The notes under the pieces were generated by a model, which was not told the origin of the DNA, did not search any database, and worked only from the letters and a program-made list of their open reading frames with translations. A stretch of DNA of 64,000 nt from Candidatus Tenderia sp. Its GTDB lineage: Bacteria; Pseudomonadota; Gammaproteobacteria; Tenderiales; Tenderiaceae. Numbering within the stretch: position 1 is the first letter of the stretch; each line of letters opens with the position of its first letter. This document shows, piece by piece, positions 9,931 to 20,702 of the stretch. The DNA lies in NCBI GenBank assembly GCA_031416075.1, contig JANOSY010000024.1, positions 64,001-128,000 on the forward strand. Reading direction: 5' to 3'. The translations under genes were made by a program, and so were the position numbers.

Positions 9931-11022
9931 TCAATGACGCGTTAATAACGTCAGGCGAATATCACCACCCACCTGCCGCACATCCTTCAACACCAGCGCC
10001 ACCCGCTGCTCCATTTTTTCCAATAGTGGAAGACGGATAAGGCCGCTGGCACCATCCCCCAGCAGATGCGGTGCCATATAGACCACCAGCTCATCGACCA
10101 ATCCTGCCGCGAGAAAAGCGCCACTCAATGTCGGTCCGGCCTCAATCAACACTTCGTTGTAGTGCAGATCATTGAACTGCCCCATGAGTCCATGGAGATC
10201 GAGTTTGCCATTTTCACTCAACAGTTCGATCACACCAATACCCGCTTGCTCCAGCGCTTCGCGAGACGCCTCATCGGGAGGGCTGGTGGCGATCCAGATC
10301 TGCCCCTCCTGCTGTAGTATCTGGGCATCCAGCGGGATTCGCAGTGCAGTGTCGAGCACTACCCGGTCCGGCTGTTTACACTCAAACGGTACACGTACGT
10401 TCAGACGCGGGTCATCGGCCAACACTGTGTTGATGCCAGTCACAATCACCGAACTACGCGCCCGCAGCCGCTGCACATCCTCGCGCGCCGCTTTGCCGGT
10501 AATCCATTTACTCTCACCACTGGCAAGCGCGGTACGGCCATCCAGACTCATCGCCAATTTGCAACGCACGTAGGGACGGCCACGGCTGAAGCGGGAGATA
10601 AAACCGGGGTTGAGTTGCCGCGCCTCTGCCTCCAGCAATCCAACAGCGGTCTCAATACCGGCCTGTTCCAACAGCGCCAATCCCCGTCCTGATACTTTTG
10701 GATTAGGGTCAACCATCGCCGCCACCACTCGTGCCACACCGGCATTCAACAGCGCCTCAGCACAGGGCGGGGTCCGGCCATAATGGCTGCACGGCTCCAA
10801 CGTCACATAGGCGGTAGCCGCCCGTGCCCGATCACCTGCCTGACGCAAGGCGTTAACCTCGGCATGTGGCTCACCGGCCCGTTCATGCCACCCCTCACCC
10901 ACCACCTCGTCATCACGCACAACGACACAACCAACCCGCGGATTGGGATCGGTGGTCCATAAACCACGTTCGGCCAGACGTAGCGCCTGGGCCATGTAGG
11001 TATAATCAGCGGTCGTAAACAT
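9931..11022 (-). CDS. ribD: Bifunctional riboflavin deaminase/reductase
   Basis: PNPRVGC, HAE, TLEPCSHYGRTPPC and SLDG...SKWIT motifs. Confidence 0.97.
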   Translation of the reverse strand: MFTTADYTYMAQALRLAERGLWTTDPNPRVGCVVVRDDEVVGEGWHERAGEPHAEVNALRQAGDRARAATAYVTLEPCSHYGRTPPCAEALLNAGVARVVAAMVDPNPKVSGRGLALLEQAGIETAVGLLEAEARQLNPGFISRFSRGRPYVRCKLAMSLDGRTALASGESKWITGKAAREDVQRLRARSSVIVTGINTVLADDPRLNVRVPFECKQPDRVVLDTALRIPLDAQILQQEGQIWIATSPPDEASREALEQAGIGVIELLSENGKLDLHGLMGQFNDLHYNEVLIEAGPTLSGAFLAAGLVDELVVYMAPHLLGDGASGLIRLPLLEKMEQRVALVLKDVRQVGGDIRLTLLTRH

Positions 11023-11062
11023 ATAGGGAGATTACCTGATATACAGATCAGTAAAGCGACAA

Positions 11063-11593
11063 CTACTCATTGCCCTTCTTGGTTTTTTTCTGATCACTGT
11101 TGGGCAGCAGCGAGATCTGTTGGGCGGTCAGTTCAGCCGGTGCTTCGTTTTCGAGACGGTCTATCGCCTCACGAAAGGCGCTAACATCCTGAAAACTGCG
11201 ATAGACCGAGGCAAAACGGATATAGGCCACCTGGTCGAGCTGGGCCAGCGCCGCCATCACCCATTCTCCAAGACGACGTGACGGCACTTCCCGATCACCA
11301 GTGGCACGTAGCTGGTTTTTGATACGGCTGATCGCATCCTCAATCCGCTCAGTGGCCACCGGCCGCTTCTCCAGAGAGCGTTGCATACCGCGACGCAGCT
11401 TCTCTTCGTCAAACGGCTCGCGGATACCATCCTGTTTGACGATGCGCGGCAGCGCCAGCTCGGCGGTCTCAAAGGTGGTAAAGCGCTCAGCGCAGGTGAG
11501 GCACTCGCGCCGCCGCCGCACACTGTCACCTTCATTGGCGAGGCGTGAGTCGATCACCTTGGTCTCTTCGGCACCACAAAAGGGGCAACGCAT
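11063..11593 (-). CDS. nrdR: Transcriptional repressor NrdR
   Basis: MRCPFC...RRRRECLTC Zn ribbon, ATP cone and AYIRFASVY motif. Confidence 0.97.
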   Translation of the reverse strand: MRCPFCGAEETKVIDSRLANEGDSVRRRRECLTCAERFTTFETAELALPRIVKQDGIREPFDEEKLRRGMQRSLEKRPVATERIEDAISRIKNQLRATGDREVPSRRLGEWVMAALAQLDQVAYIRFASVYRSFQDVSAFREAIDRLENEAPAELTAQQISLLPNSDQKKTKKGNE

Positions 11594-11617
11594 TGCGCTC
11601 TATTCCTCGCTTGGAGT

Positions 11618-12874
11618 TTAGCTAGCGTAAACCGGCAGACGCTTGCAGACCACGGCGACCTTTTCGCGCACCGCGTCGATCACTGCCTGTTCGCCCTTGG
11701 CGTCGATAATGTCGCAAATCCAACTCGTCAAATCACGACACTCATCCTCGCCAAAACCACGGGTGGTGATGGCGGGTGTGCCAACCCGGATACCAGAGGT
11801 GACAAAAGGCGACTGCGGGTCGTTAGGTACGCTGTTTTTGTTGATGGTGATATGGGCGTTGCCCAGCCACGCATCGATCTCTTTGCCGGTCAGCCCCTGT
11901 TTAATGAAGCTCACCAACATCAAGTGGTTGTCGGTACCACCAGAGACTATCTCAAAACCACGTTTAGTGAAGACGTCCGCCATCACCCGTGCATTTTTTA
12001 CTACCTGCTGCTGATAGGTTTTGAAACCAGGTTCCAGCGCCTCCTTGAAGGCCACCGCCTTAGCGGCGATGACATGCATCAGAGGGCCGCCCTGAATACC
12101 GGGGAAAACAACGGAGTTGAGCCTCTTTTCGATCTCGGGATTGGCCTTGGCGAGAATGATGCCGCCGCGTGGACCGCGCAATGTCTTGTGAGTGGTAGAG
12201 GTGGTAACGTCAGCAATGCTCACCGGGTTGGGATAGACACCCGCAGCAATCAGCCCCGCAACGTGGGCCATATCCACAAACAGATAGGCACCAACACTAT
12301 CGGCGATGTCGCGGAAACGCTGCCAATCCACTACTCGGGAGTAGGCGCTGAAACCGGCGATGATCATCTTTGGTTTGTGCTCTTTAGCCAGCGCGTCAAC
12401 CTGCTCGTAATCGATCTCACCGGTCGTCTCATCCAAACCGTATTGAATGGCGTTATAGATCTTGCCGGAAAAGCTGACCTTGGCGCCGTGGGTCAAGTGG
12501 CCGCCGTGGGCCAAACTCATGCCCAGCACGGTATCACCCGGTTGCAGCAGAGCCATGTAGACGGCGGCGTTGGCCTGGGAACCGGAGTGCGGCTGCACAT
12601 TGGCGTAACCAGCACCAAACAGCTCTTTGACGCGATCAATCGCCAGCTGCTCAGCCACATCCACAAACTCACAACCGCCGTAATAGCGTTTGCCCGGATA
12701 CCCTTCGGCATATTTATTGGTGAGAACGGACCCTTGGGCCTCCATCACTCGTGGGCTGGCGTAGTTCTCGGAGGCAATCAGTTCAATATGCACCTCCTGA
12801 CGCTCACGCTCGTGCTCCATCGCAGCCCACAGTTCTGCATCGTATCCAGCAATGGTCATATCGTTGGTAAACAT
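11618..12874 (-). CDS. glyA: Serine hydroxymethyltransferase
   Basis: [21 protein letters not shown] and [12 protein letters not shown] motifs. Confidence 0.98.
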   Translation of the reverse strand: MFTNDMTIAGYDAELWAAMEHERERQEVHIELIASENYASPRVMEAQGSVLTNKYAEGYPGKRYYGGCEFVDVAEQLAIDRVKELFGAGYANVQPHSGSQANAAVYMALLQPGDTVLGMSLAHGGHLTHGAKVSFSGKIYNAIQYGLDETTGEIDYEQVDALAKEHKPKMIIAGFSAYSRVVDWQRFRDIADSVGAYLFVDMAHVAGLIAAGVYPNPVSIADVTTSTTHKTLRGPRGGIILAKANPEIEKRLNSVVFPGIQGGPLMHVIAAKAVAFKEALEPGFKTYQQQVVKNARVMADVFTKRGFEIVSGGTDNHLMLVSFIKQGLTGKEIDAWLGNAHITINKNSVPNDPQSPFVTSGIRVGTPAITTRGFGEDECRDLTSWICDIIDAKGEQAVIDAVREKVAVVCKRLPVYAS

Positions 12875-13081
12875 GGCGTTACATATCTCCGGCTAAGCTG
12901 AAAAGAGAAACTTGAAAGGGTTACTAGGATACCCGATTCGGGCCGGTTCTGCCTTAGGGTTAAGCCCGATAATTCGAATTTTCAGACAGCAGCCTAGAGC
13001 GGGCAGGAGTCCCACAGAAAAACTCCTGGAGATAGCGGACCAGCATGAGCATTTATTCAAGCTACGTCATGAGGCAGCTGA

Positions 13082-13408
13082 TTGAACTACTATATGACAG
13101 CTGACCCACTCGGCAAAGACTGCCCTCTCCATATCCACGGCCATCTCACCAGCTCATCTAATCAAAGAGTCGATGGGTCGATCCGGTTGGTAGATGCCAA
13201 GCAGGATATCGACGAGATGGCGCATCACCCACCGGCAGCGCTACATCAAGCTGCTCAATATTTTACTACCAAATTCAGCACCATCCAGCAGCAGCTTAAT
13301 GCGTTTGCAAGCGAGAGCCAGCGGCTGGAAGATGAGCTGACCCGAGTCCACATGCTGCGCGTGACGGATGAGTTGACCCAGCTCCCCAGTCGCCGCGCCC
13401 TGATATAA
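13082..13408 (+). pseudogene. Probable remnant of a diguanylate cyclase (coiled coil plus first motif of a GGDEF domain only)
   Basis: Ends ...RLEDELTRVHMLRVTDELTQLPSRRALI*, matching the D.LT.L.NRR entry to GGDEF domains, then stops. Confidence 0.55.
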
Positions 13409-13419
13409 CGACCTGAAAT

Positions 13420-13450
13420 AAAAAAGGCCCGCTTCAAGCGGGCCTTTTTT
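13420..13450. terminator. Bidirectional intrinsic terminator
   Basis: AAAAAAGGCCCGCT-TCA-AGCGGGCCTTTTTT perfect stem with A/T tracts on both sides, after secF. Confidence 0.9.
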
Positions 13451-13472
13451 GTTGTTATTACAAGTGCTCCCG

Positions 13473-14408
13473 TTACGGTGTGGAGTCGACCTCGGCACCC
13501 TCCTTCTCAACCACCACCAGATCAGTCTTGCTCACCCCCATCAGGATAACCAGACTACTGGCGATGAAGATGGATGAGTAGGTGCCGACCGCGATACCAA
13601 TGATCAGCGCCAGGGAGAACCCGTGGAGGGTGGTGCCACCGAAGAGGAAGAGTGAGACCACGACCAGCATGGTGGTACCGGAGGTCATGATAGTGCGTGA
13701 CAGCGTCTGGGTGACGGACTGATTGATGATCTCGGCCGCCGTTTCCTTGCGTACCTTACGGAAGGTTTCGCGGATACGATCGTAGACGACAACGGTGTCG
13801 TTGATCGAATAACCGATGATCGCCAGCACCGCCGCCAGCACCGTCAGATCGAACTCGATCCAGAAAATGGAGAAGACACCCACCATGATGATAACGTCGT
13901 GGAGGGTGGCGAGCACGGCGCCAACGGCGAAGCGGATCTCGTAACGGAAGTAGACATAGATCAAAATGCCAAACAGCGCCGCCAGGACCGCCAAACCGCC
14001 ATCCTCGGTCAGCTCATCGCCCACCTGCGGCCCGACAAACTCAATGCGACGCAATTCAACCTTGTGACCGTCAGCATTCAACGCCGCCAGCACCTTGTTG
14101 CTGATCTCGGCCGCCGCCGATTTACTTGGTGCCAGGCGGATCATGACATCCTGCGTGGTGCCAAAATGCTGCACAACCGCTCCGTCGAAACCACCCTTGG
14201 CCAGCGCACCCCGCACCTCCTGCAGGTCAGCCGACTGTTCATACCCCACCTCTATCAACGTGCCGCCAGTAAAGTCGATCCCCAGGTTCAAGCCACGGGT
14301 CGCCACCGAAACAACGGAGATGATCACCATGACCAACGCAACCAGCAGCGCCAGCTTGCGCTTGGCCATAAAGTCGATTGTATTTTTGACCTTGAAAAAT
14401 TCCATCAT
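13473..14408 (-). CDS. secF: Protein translocase subunit SecF
   Basis: GIDFTGG, VGPQVG, HD and GYSINDTVVVYDRIRE motifs. Confidence 0.97.
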   Translation of the reverse strand: MMEFFKVKNTIDFMAKRKLALLVALVMVIISVVSVATRGLNLGIDFTGGTLIEVGYEQSADLQEVRGALAKGGFDGAVVQHFGTTQDVMIRLAPSKSAAAEISNKVLAALNADGHKVELRRIEFVGPQVGDELTEDGGLAVLAALFGILIYVYFRYEIRFAVGAVLATLHDVIIMVGVFSIFWIEFDLTVLAAVLAIIGYSINDTVVVYDRIRETFRKVRKETAAEIINQSVTQTLSRTIMTSGTTMLVVVSLFLFGGTTLHGFSLALIIGIAVGTYSSIFIASSLVILMGVSKTDLVVVEKEGAEVDSTP

Positions 14409-14416
14409 CCCTCTCC

Positions 14417-16276
14417 TTAAATCGACAGCTTCTTCACGCGGCGGCCGCCGTATGCCAGATTGACCAGCGCGCGAGTACCAAGTATGGCCGTGAACATGGA
14501 GGTGAGAATGCCGAGGCAGAGCACCACCGCAAACCCCTTGACCGGCCCCGACCCCAATCCAAAAAGGGTGATCCCGGCAATCAACGTGGTGATATTGGAG
14601 TCGGCGATAGTCGCGGCCGCCCGCTCGAAACCAGCGTGAATACTAGCCTGTGGCGAGTTGCCGTTACGTAGCTCCTCGCGGATACGTTCGTAGATCAACA
14701 CGTTGGCATCCACCGCCATACCAATGGTCAAGACAATACCAGCGATACCGGGCAGGGTCAGCGTCGCTTGCAACATTGACAACAATGCCGTGAGCAGCAC
14801 CAGATTCATCACCAAAGTGATGTTGGCAATCATGCCAAAGGCACGGTAATAGAGCACCATGAATGTCATCACCACGGCAAAACCGATCACCATCGATTTC
14901 ATGCCCATATCAATATTGTCCTGACCCAAGCTTGGGCCAACGGTACGCTCTTCGATAATTTCAAGCGGCGCTGAAAGGGCACCGGCACGCAGCAGCAGCG
15001 CCAGATCACGGGCTTCATTAGCGCCATCCAGGCCGGTGATCTGAAAACGTTTACTGAACGGTTCACGGATGCGGGCGAGGCTGATCACCTCCTCCACCTT
15101 CAGTTTTTGCTTCACCTCAACACCATCAACAATCTTGGTTTCAGTCTTACTTTCGACAAACACCACTGCCATCAGCTTGCCAACATTCTCTTTAGTGGTG
15201 TCGTGCATTTTGGTAGCGCCCGTACCATTCAGGGAGATAAATACCGCCGGGCTGGCATCAGTCTGATCCAGACCGGAAGAGGCATCAACAATCGAGTCAC
15301 CCGTGATAATAATATTTTTCTGCAGCAGTACCGGGTTACCGTTACGCTCTTTATATAGGCGTGAACCGACAGGCACACGACCGCCAATGGCATCCTGCAG
15401 ATCACCGGTCTCGTCCGCCATGCGGAAATCGAGGGTTGCGGTGGCACCCAGAATCTCCTTGGCACGAGCAGTATCCTGGACCCCCGGCAACTGCACCACA
15501 ATACGGTTTTCACCCTGCTGCTGGATCAGTGGTTCAGCCACACCCAGCTCGTTAATACGATTACGGAGTGTTGTTACGTTCTGCTGTACGGCCAGTTTGC
15601 GGGTTTCACGCATCTCCTGATCAGCCAGTTTTACGCTTATGAGAAACGCATCACCCTGCTCCTCATCCGCCAACATCAGATCACGAAACTCCTTGCGGAT
15701 CAGCGTCTCAGCACTCTTGCGATCCTCAACGCTGCGGAACTTGATCTGCACACCCCCCGCCGAGGCACGACCAATGGTGAGGTAACGAATTTTGCTGTCG
15801 CGCATCAAACCACGTATATCACCCACATAACGATCTTCAGCCATCTCAATAGCCGCATCGGTATCCACCTCCATCAGGAAGTGCACACCACCACGCAGGT
15901 CAAGCCCCAGATACATCGGCATTGCCCCCAGGGCACGCAGCCAGTCCGGCGTTGAAGGTGCCAGATTCAGGGCAACCACATACCCCTCATCGAGACTCTT
16001 TTTCAGTCCGTCGCGGGCCTTCAGCTGCTCTTCGGTATTATTAAAACGGACAATCAACCCCTGCGGCTCCAGGTCCATCGCCTTGGAGTCGATCTCCAGA
16101 CGCCGCAGCTGGGAGCGCACATCATCAACCGTCGCATCGGTGACGGCGGCACCACGAACAGATGAGATCTGGATGGCCGGATCCTCTCCATAAATATTTG
16201 GCAATGCGTAAAAAACACCAACCACCATCACAACGACGATCAGTAGATTTTTCCACCAGGGGTATTGATTAATCAT
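14417..16276 (-). CDS. secD: Protein translocase subunit SecD
   Basis: LGLDLRGG, RINELGVAEP and GMAVDANVLIYERIREE motifs. Confidence 0.97.
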   Translation of the reverse strand: MINQYPWWKNLLIVVVMVVGVFYALPNIYGEDPAIQISSVRGAAVTDATVDDVRSQLRRLEIDSKAMDLEPQGLIVRFNNTEEQLKARDGLKKSLDEGYVVALNLAPSTPDWLRALGAMPMYLGLDLRGGVHFLMEVDTDAAIEMAEDRYVGDIRGLMRDSKIRYLTIGRASAGGVQIKFRSVEDRKSAETLIRKEFRDLMLADEEQGDAFLISVKLADQEMRETRKLAVQQNVTTLRNRINELGVAEPLIQQQGENRIVVQLPGVQDTARAKEILGATATLDFRMADETGDLQDAIGGRVPVGSRLYKERNGNPVLLQKNIIITGDSIVDASSGLDQTDASPAVFISLNGTGATKMHDTTKENVGKLMAVVFVESKTETKIVDGVEVKQKLKVEEVISLARIREPFSKRFQITGLDGANEARDLALLLRAGALSAPLEIIEERTVGPSLGQDNIDMGMKSMVIGFAVVMTFMVLYYRAFGMIANITLVMNLVLLTALLSMLQATLTLPGIAGIVLTIGMAVDANVLIYERIREELRNGNSPQASIHAGFERAAATIADSNITTLIAGITLFGLGSGPVKGFAVVLCLGILTSMFTAILGTRALVNLAYGGRRVKKLSI

Positions 16277-16322
16277 ATTTTAGGTACCCGGAACTTCCGC
16301 TGTTTCATGAGTGAATTGTGGG

Positions 16323-16652
16323 TTAAAGCTTCAAACTACCCTTAGGCAACAGTGAACCCACAGCATTCTTCTGTACCTGCACCTCAACACCGGTGGCAAT
16401 CTGCAATGTGATGAAGCTCTCATCCACCTTGGTGATACGACCCGCCAAACCACCCGTGGTCACCACTTCGTCATTTTTAGCCATGCCTGCGGTCATCTTT
16501 TTGTGCTCCTTGGCACGTTTGAGCTGAGGACGCAGCAACATGAAGTAGAAGATCACAAACAGTACCACCAGGAAAATGATATTGGCAAAACCTGGCTCCG
16601 CAGCGGCAGCGGGTGCCTGCTGGGCCATTGCATCAGTGATAAAAAAGCTCAT
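16323..16652 (-). CDS. yajC: Preprotein translocase subunit YajC
   Basis: Single TM, FYFMLLRPQ and DEVVTTGG motifs; tgt-yajC-secD synteny. Confidence 0.96.
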   Translation of the reverse strand: MSFFITDAMAQQAPAAAAEPGFANIIFLVVLFVIFYFMLLRPQLKRAKEHKKMTAGMAKNDEVVTTGGLAGRITKVDESFITLQIATGVEVQVQKNAVGSLLPKGSLKL

Positions 16653-16750
16653 AACATCCTTCCCTAATTAATTAAAAACACAATTAAAACTGTTCGGCTA
16701 ATCGGCATACGCGCCTATTAATCAAGCGCCCCTGGCGCAAACGGCGCTCA

Positions 16751-18947
<2,197 letters not shown>

Positions 18948-19005
18948 GGCGCGGGATGTTATCAGTTTCGTTGGCGTCTAGCGAATCTGCGCGTCTGTTT
19001 TGGGC

Positions 19006-19033
19006 TTGCCGAATTAAATAAAGTCGTTATACT
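19006..19033 (+). promoter_or_regulatory. Sigma70 promoter of the tRNA gene
   Basis: TTGCCG-N16-TATACT followed by a GC-rich discriminator, typical of stable-RNA promoters. Confidence 0.7.
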
Positions 19034-19058
19034 ACGCGCTCCCGTTTAAATGGGGTTC

Positions 19059-19145
19059 GCCGGGATGGCGGAACTGGTAGACGCGCCGGACTCAAAATCC
19101 GGTTCTGGTGACAGAGTGCGAGTTCGATTCTCGCTCCCGGCACCA
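19059..19145 (+). tRNA. tRNA-Leu (anticodon CAA)
   Basis: GCCGGGA acceptor stem, GGTAGAC D-loop, CCGGA-CT-CAA-AA-TCCGG anticodon arm, long variable arm, GTTCGA T-loop, encoded CCA. Confidence 0.96.
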
Positions 19146-19210
19146 ACTTGAAACAGTCAAACACTCAACAGTGCTGCTGATTCGGTTGGTAATACTCCAT
19201 CCACTTAGTG

Positions 19211-20434
19211 TTATTCAAACCTGTACCCCCTGGGCACCACCACAATCCCCTCTGCCGAGACCTCAAACCGCTGGCGGTCCTGCGCCTGATCAAAGCCGAT
19301 CATGACCCCTTCTGGCACAGCCACATGTTTATCAATGATACAGCGGTTGATCTGTGAACCGCGGCCGATCGTTACCCCTTCAAAGAGCAGCGAGTCGTGC
19401 ACCATCGCCTCATCCCCGACAAACACATTATTGAACAGAATCGAGTGTTGAGCGCAGCCGCCAGAGATCACCGCGCCATTGGAGATGACCGAATTGATCG
19501 CAATCCCTTCGTTGCCCATGCGCCCCGCCACTGTGCGGGCCGGTGGGTGCTGCCCCGCATAGGTACGGATGGGCCACTCCTTTTGATATAAATTCATGGG
19601 CGGCACCTGATCCAATAGATCCATGTTTGCCTTGTAGTAGGCGTCGATCGTGCCTACATCGCGCCAATAACGGTCGGGCGAGACACGCCCCCCCTCGCCG
19701 CCAAACAGATAGCCATATATCTGGCCGCCAGCCAACATACGCGGAATAATATCCTTACCAAAATCGTGGCTGGAGTCGCTGCGCGCTTGGTCCTCTTCCA
19801 GCACCGCCAGAAGCCGCTTGAGCGAGAAAATATAGATCCCCATCGAGGCCAGGGCGCGCCCCTCGTGCCCATCCATCGCTGCTGGTTCGGCCGGCTTCTC
19901 AACAAAATCTGTCACCCGTTGCTGATCGTCCAGTGTCAGCACACCAAACTGGTGCGCCTCATTCAAAACCACATCCATACAGGCGATTGTCAGCTCTGCA
20001 CCACTGGTCTGATGGGCGTTCATCATCGGTGCATAGTCCATGCGGTAGATGTGATCCCCCGGCAGGATCATCACATGCTCGGCACCACTACGCTCCAGCA
20101 GATAGATATTCTGGTAGATGGCATCAGCCGTTCCCCCATACCAACGCTCACCTTTACGCATCTGTGGAGGTACCAGCGTAATGTATTCGCCCAGCTCCGG
20201 ATTGAATATCGACCAGCCATCACGCACATGTTTCTGCAGTGAGTGGGACTTATATTGCGTCAACATCAATACCCGCCGTACCCCCGAGTGCAGGCAGTTG
20301 GTCAGCACAAAATCGATAATGCGGTATTTGCCACCAAACGGCACCGCCGGTTTGGCGCGCTCCTCCGTCAATGGATGAAGACGTGATCCTGCCCCACCGG
20401 CGAGGATCACTGTCACTGTATTTGAGAAAGTCAT
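19211..20434 (-). CDS. glgC: Glucose-1-phosphate adenylyltransferase, stand-alone paralog
   Basis: LAGGAGSRL...[26 protein letters not shown] and YWRDVGT motifs; AGGAG RBS before the ATG at 20434. Confidence 0.95.
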   Translation of the reverse strand: MTFSNTVTVILAGGAGSRLHPLTEERAKPAVPFGGKYRIIDFVLTNCLHSGVRRVLMLTQYKSHSLQKHVRDGWSIFNPELGEYITLVPPQMRKGERWYGGTADAIYQNIYLLERSGAEHVMILPGDHIYRMDYAPMMNAHQTSGAELTIACMDVVLNEAHQFGVLTLDDQQRVTDFVEKPAEPAAMDGHEGRALASMGIYIFSLKRLLAVLEEDQARSDSSHDFGKDIIPRMLAGGQIYGYLFGGEGGRVSPDRYWRDVGTIDAYYKANMDLLDQVPPMNLYQKEWPIRTYAGQHPPARTVAGRMGNEGIAINSVISNGAVISGGCAQHSILFNNVFVGDEAMVHDSLLFEGVTIGRGSQINRCIIDKHVAVPEGVMIGFDQAQDRQRFEVSAEGIVVVPRGYRFE

Positions 20435-20517
20435 AATGACTCCTGATCTGTTTTTATAATGTCCCTTACCGCGACGCCCCACCCGATAATCGCTGCTTGC
20501 GTTGAATCAACAACCAA

Positions 20518-20533
20518 AGCAGTAACCGTACCA
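20518..20533 (-). promoter_or_regulatory. Putative sigma54 (-24/-12) promoter of the lone glgC
   Basis: Minus strand TGGTAC-GGTTA-CTGCT, with exact GG-N10-GC spacing. Confidence 0.7.
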
Positions 20534-20608
20534 GTGGCAGTCACTGCATAGGGATCATCCTGTTATCAAGATGACAAGGTGAATCCCGAGTCTCTCAAGC
20601 AGCCCCAT

Positions 20609-20645
20609 TGAACCATGATAGGGCGCTGATCACCAAGATGGAGCA
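20609..20645. promoter_or_regulatory. Two tandem NtrC-like enhancer sites
   Basis: TGAACCATGATAGGGCG (20609-20625) and ATCACCAAGATGGAGCA (20629-20645) resemble TGCACCA-N3-TGGTGCA; centres are 20 bp apart. Confidence 0.6.
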
Positions 20646-20654
20646 ACCACCAAT

Positions 20655-20681
20655 AAAAAGGGGCGCACTGCTGCGCCCCTT
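20655..20681 (-). terminator. Intrinsic terminator of the large lipoprotein gene
   Basis: AAGGGGCGCA-N4-TGCGCCCCTT stem followed by a T tract on the minus strand. Confidence 0.85.
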
Positions 20682-20702
20682 GGGGTTTAACTGAATCAGG
20701 CT

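Noticed and set aside
11023-11062. FMN riboswitch ahead of the rib genes
   Set aside because: The gap is only 40 nt and I saw no RFN conserved motifs in any rib intergenic region
11852-12901. 349-aa plus-strand ORF (and similar ones such as 50201-51073, 46483-47184, 60204-60962)
   Set aside because: Antisense shadows of well-supported genes, with no recognisable motifs
12875-13081. ZTP or glycine riboswitch upstream of glyA
   Set aside because: Only a small CAGGAGT...ACTCCTG hairpin; no consensus riboswitch motifs seen on the minus strand
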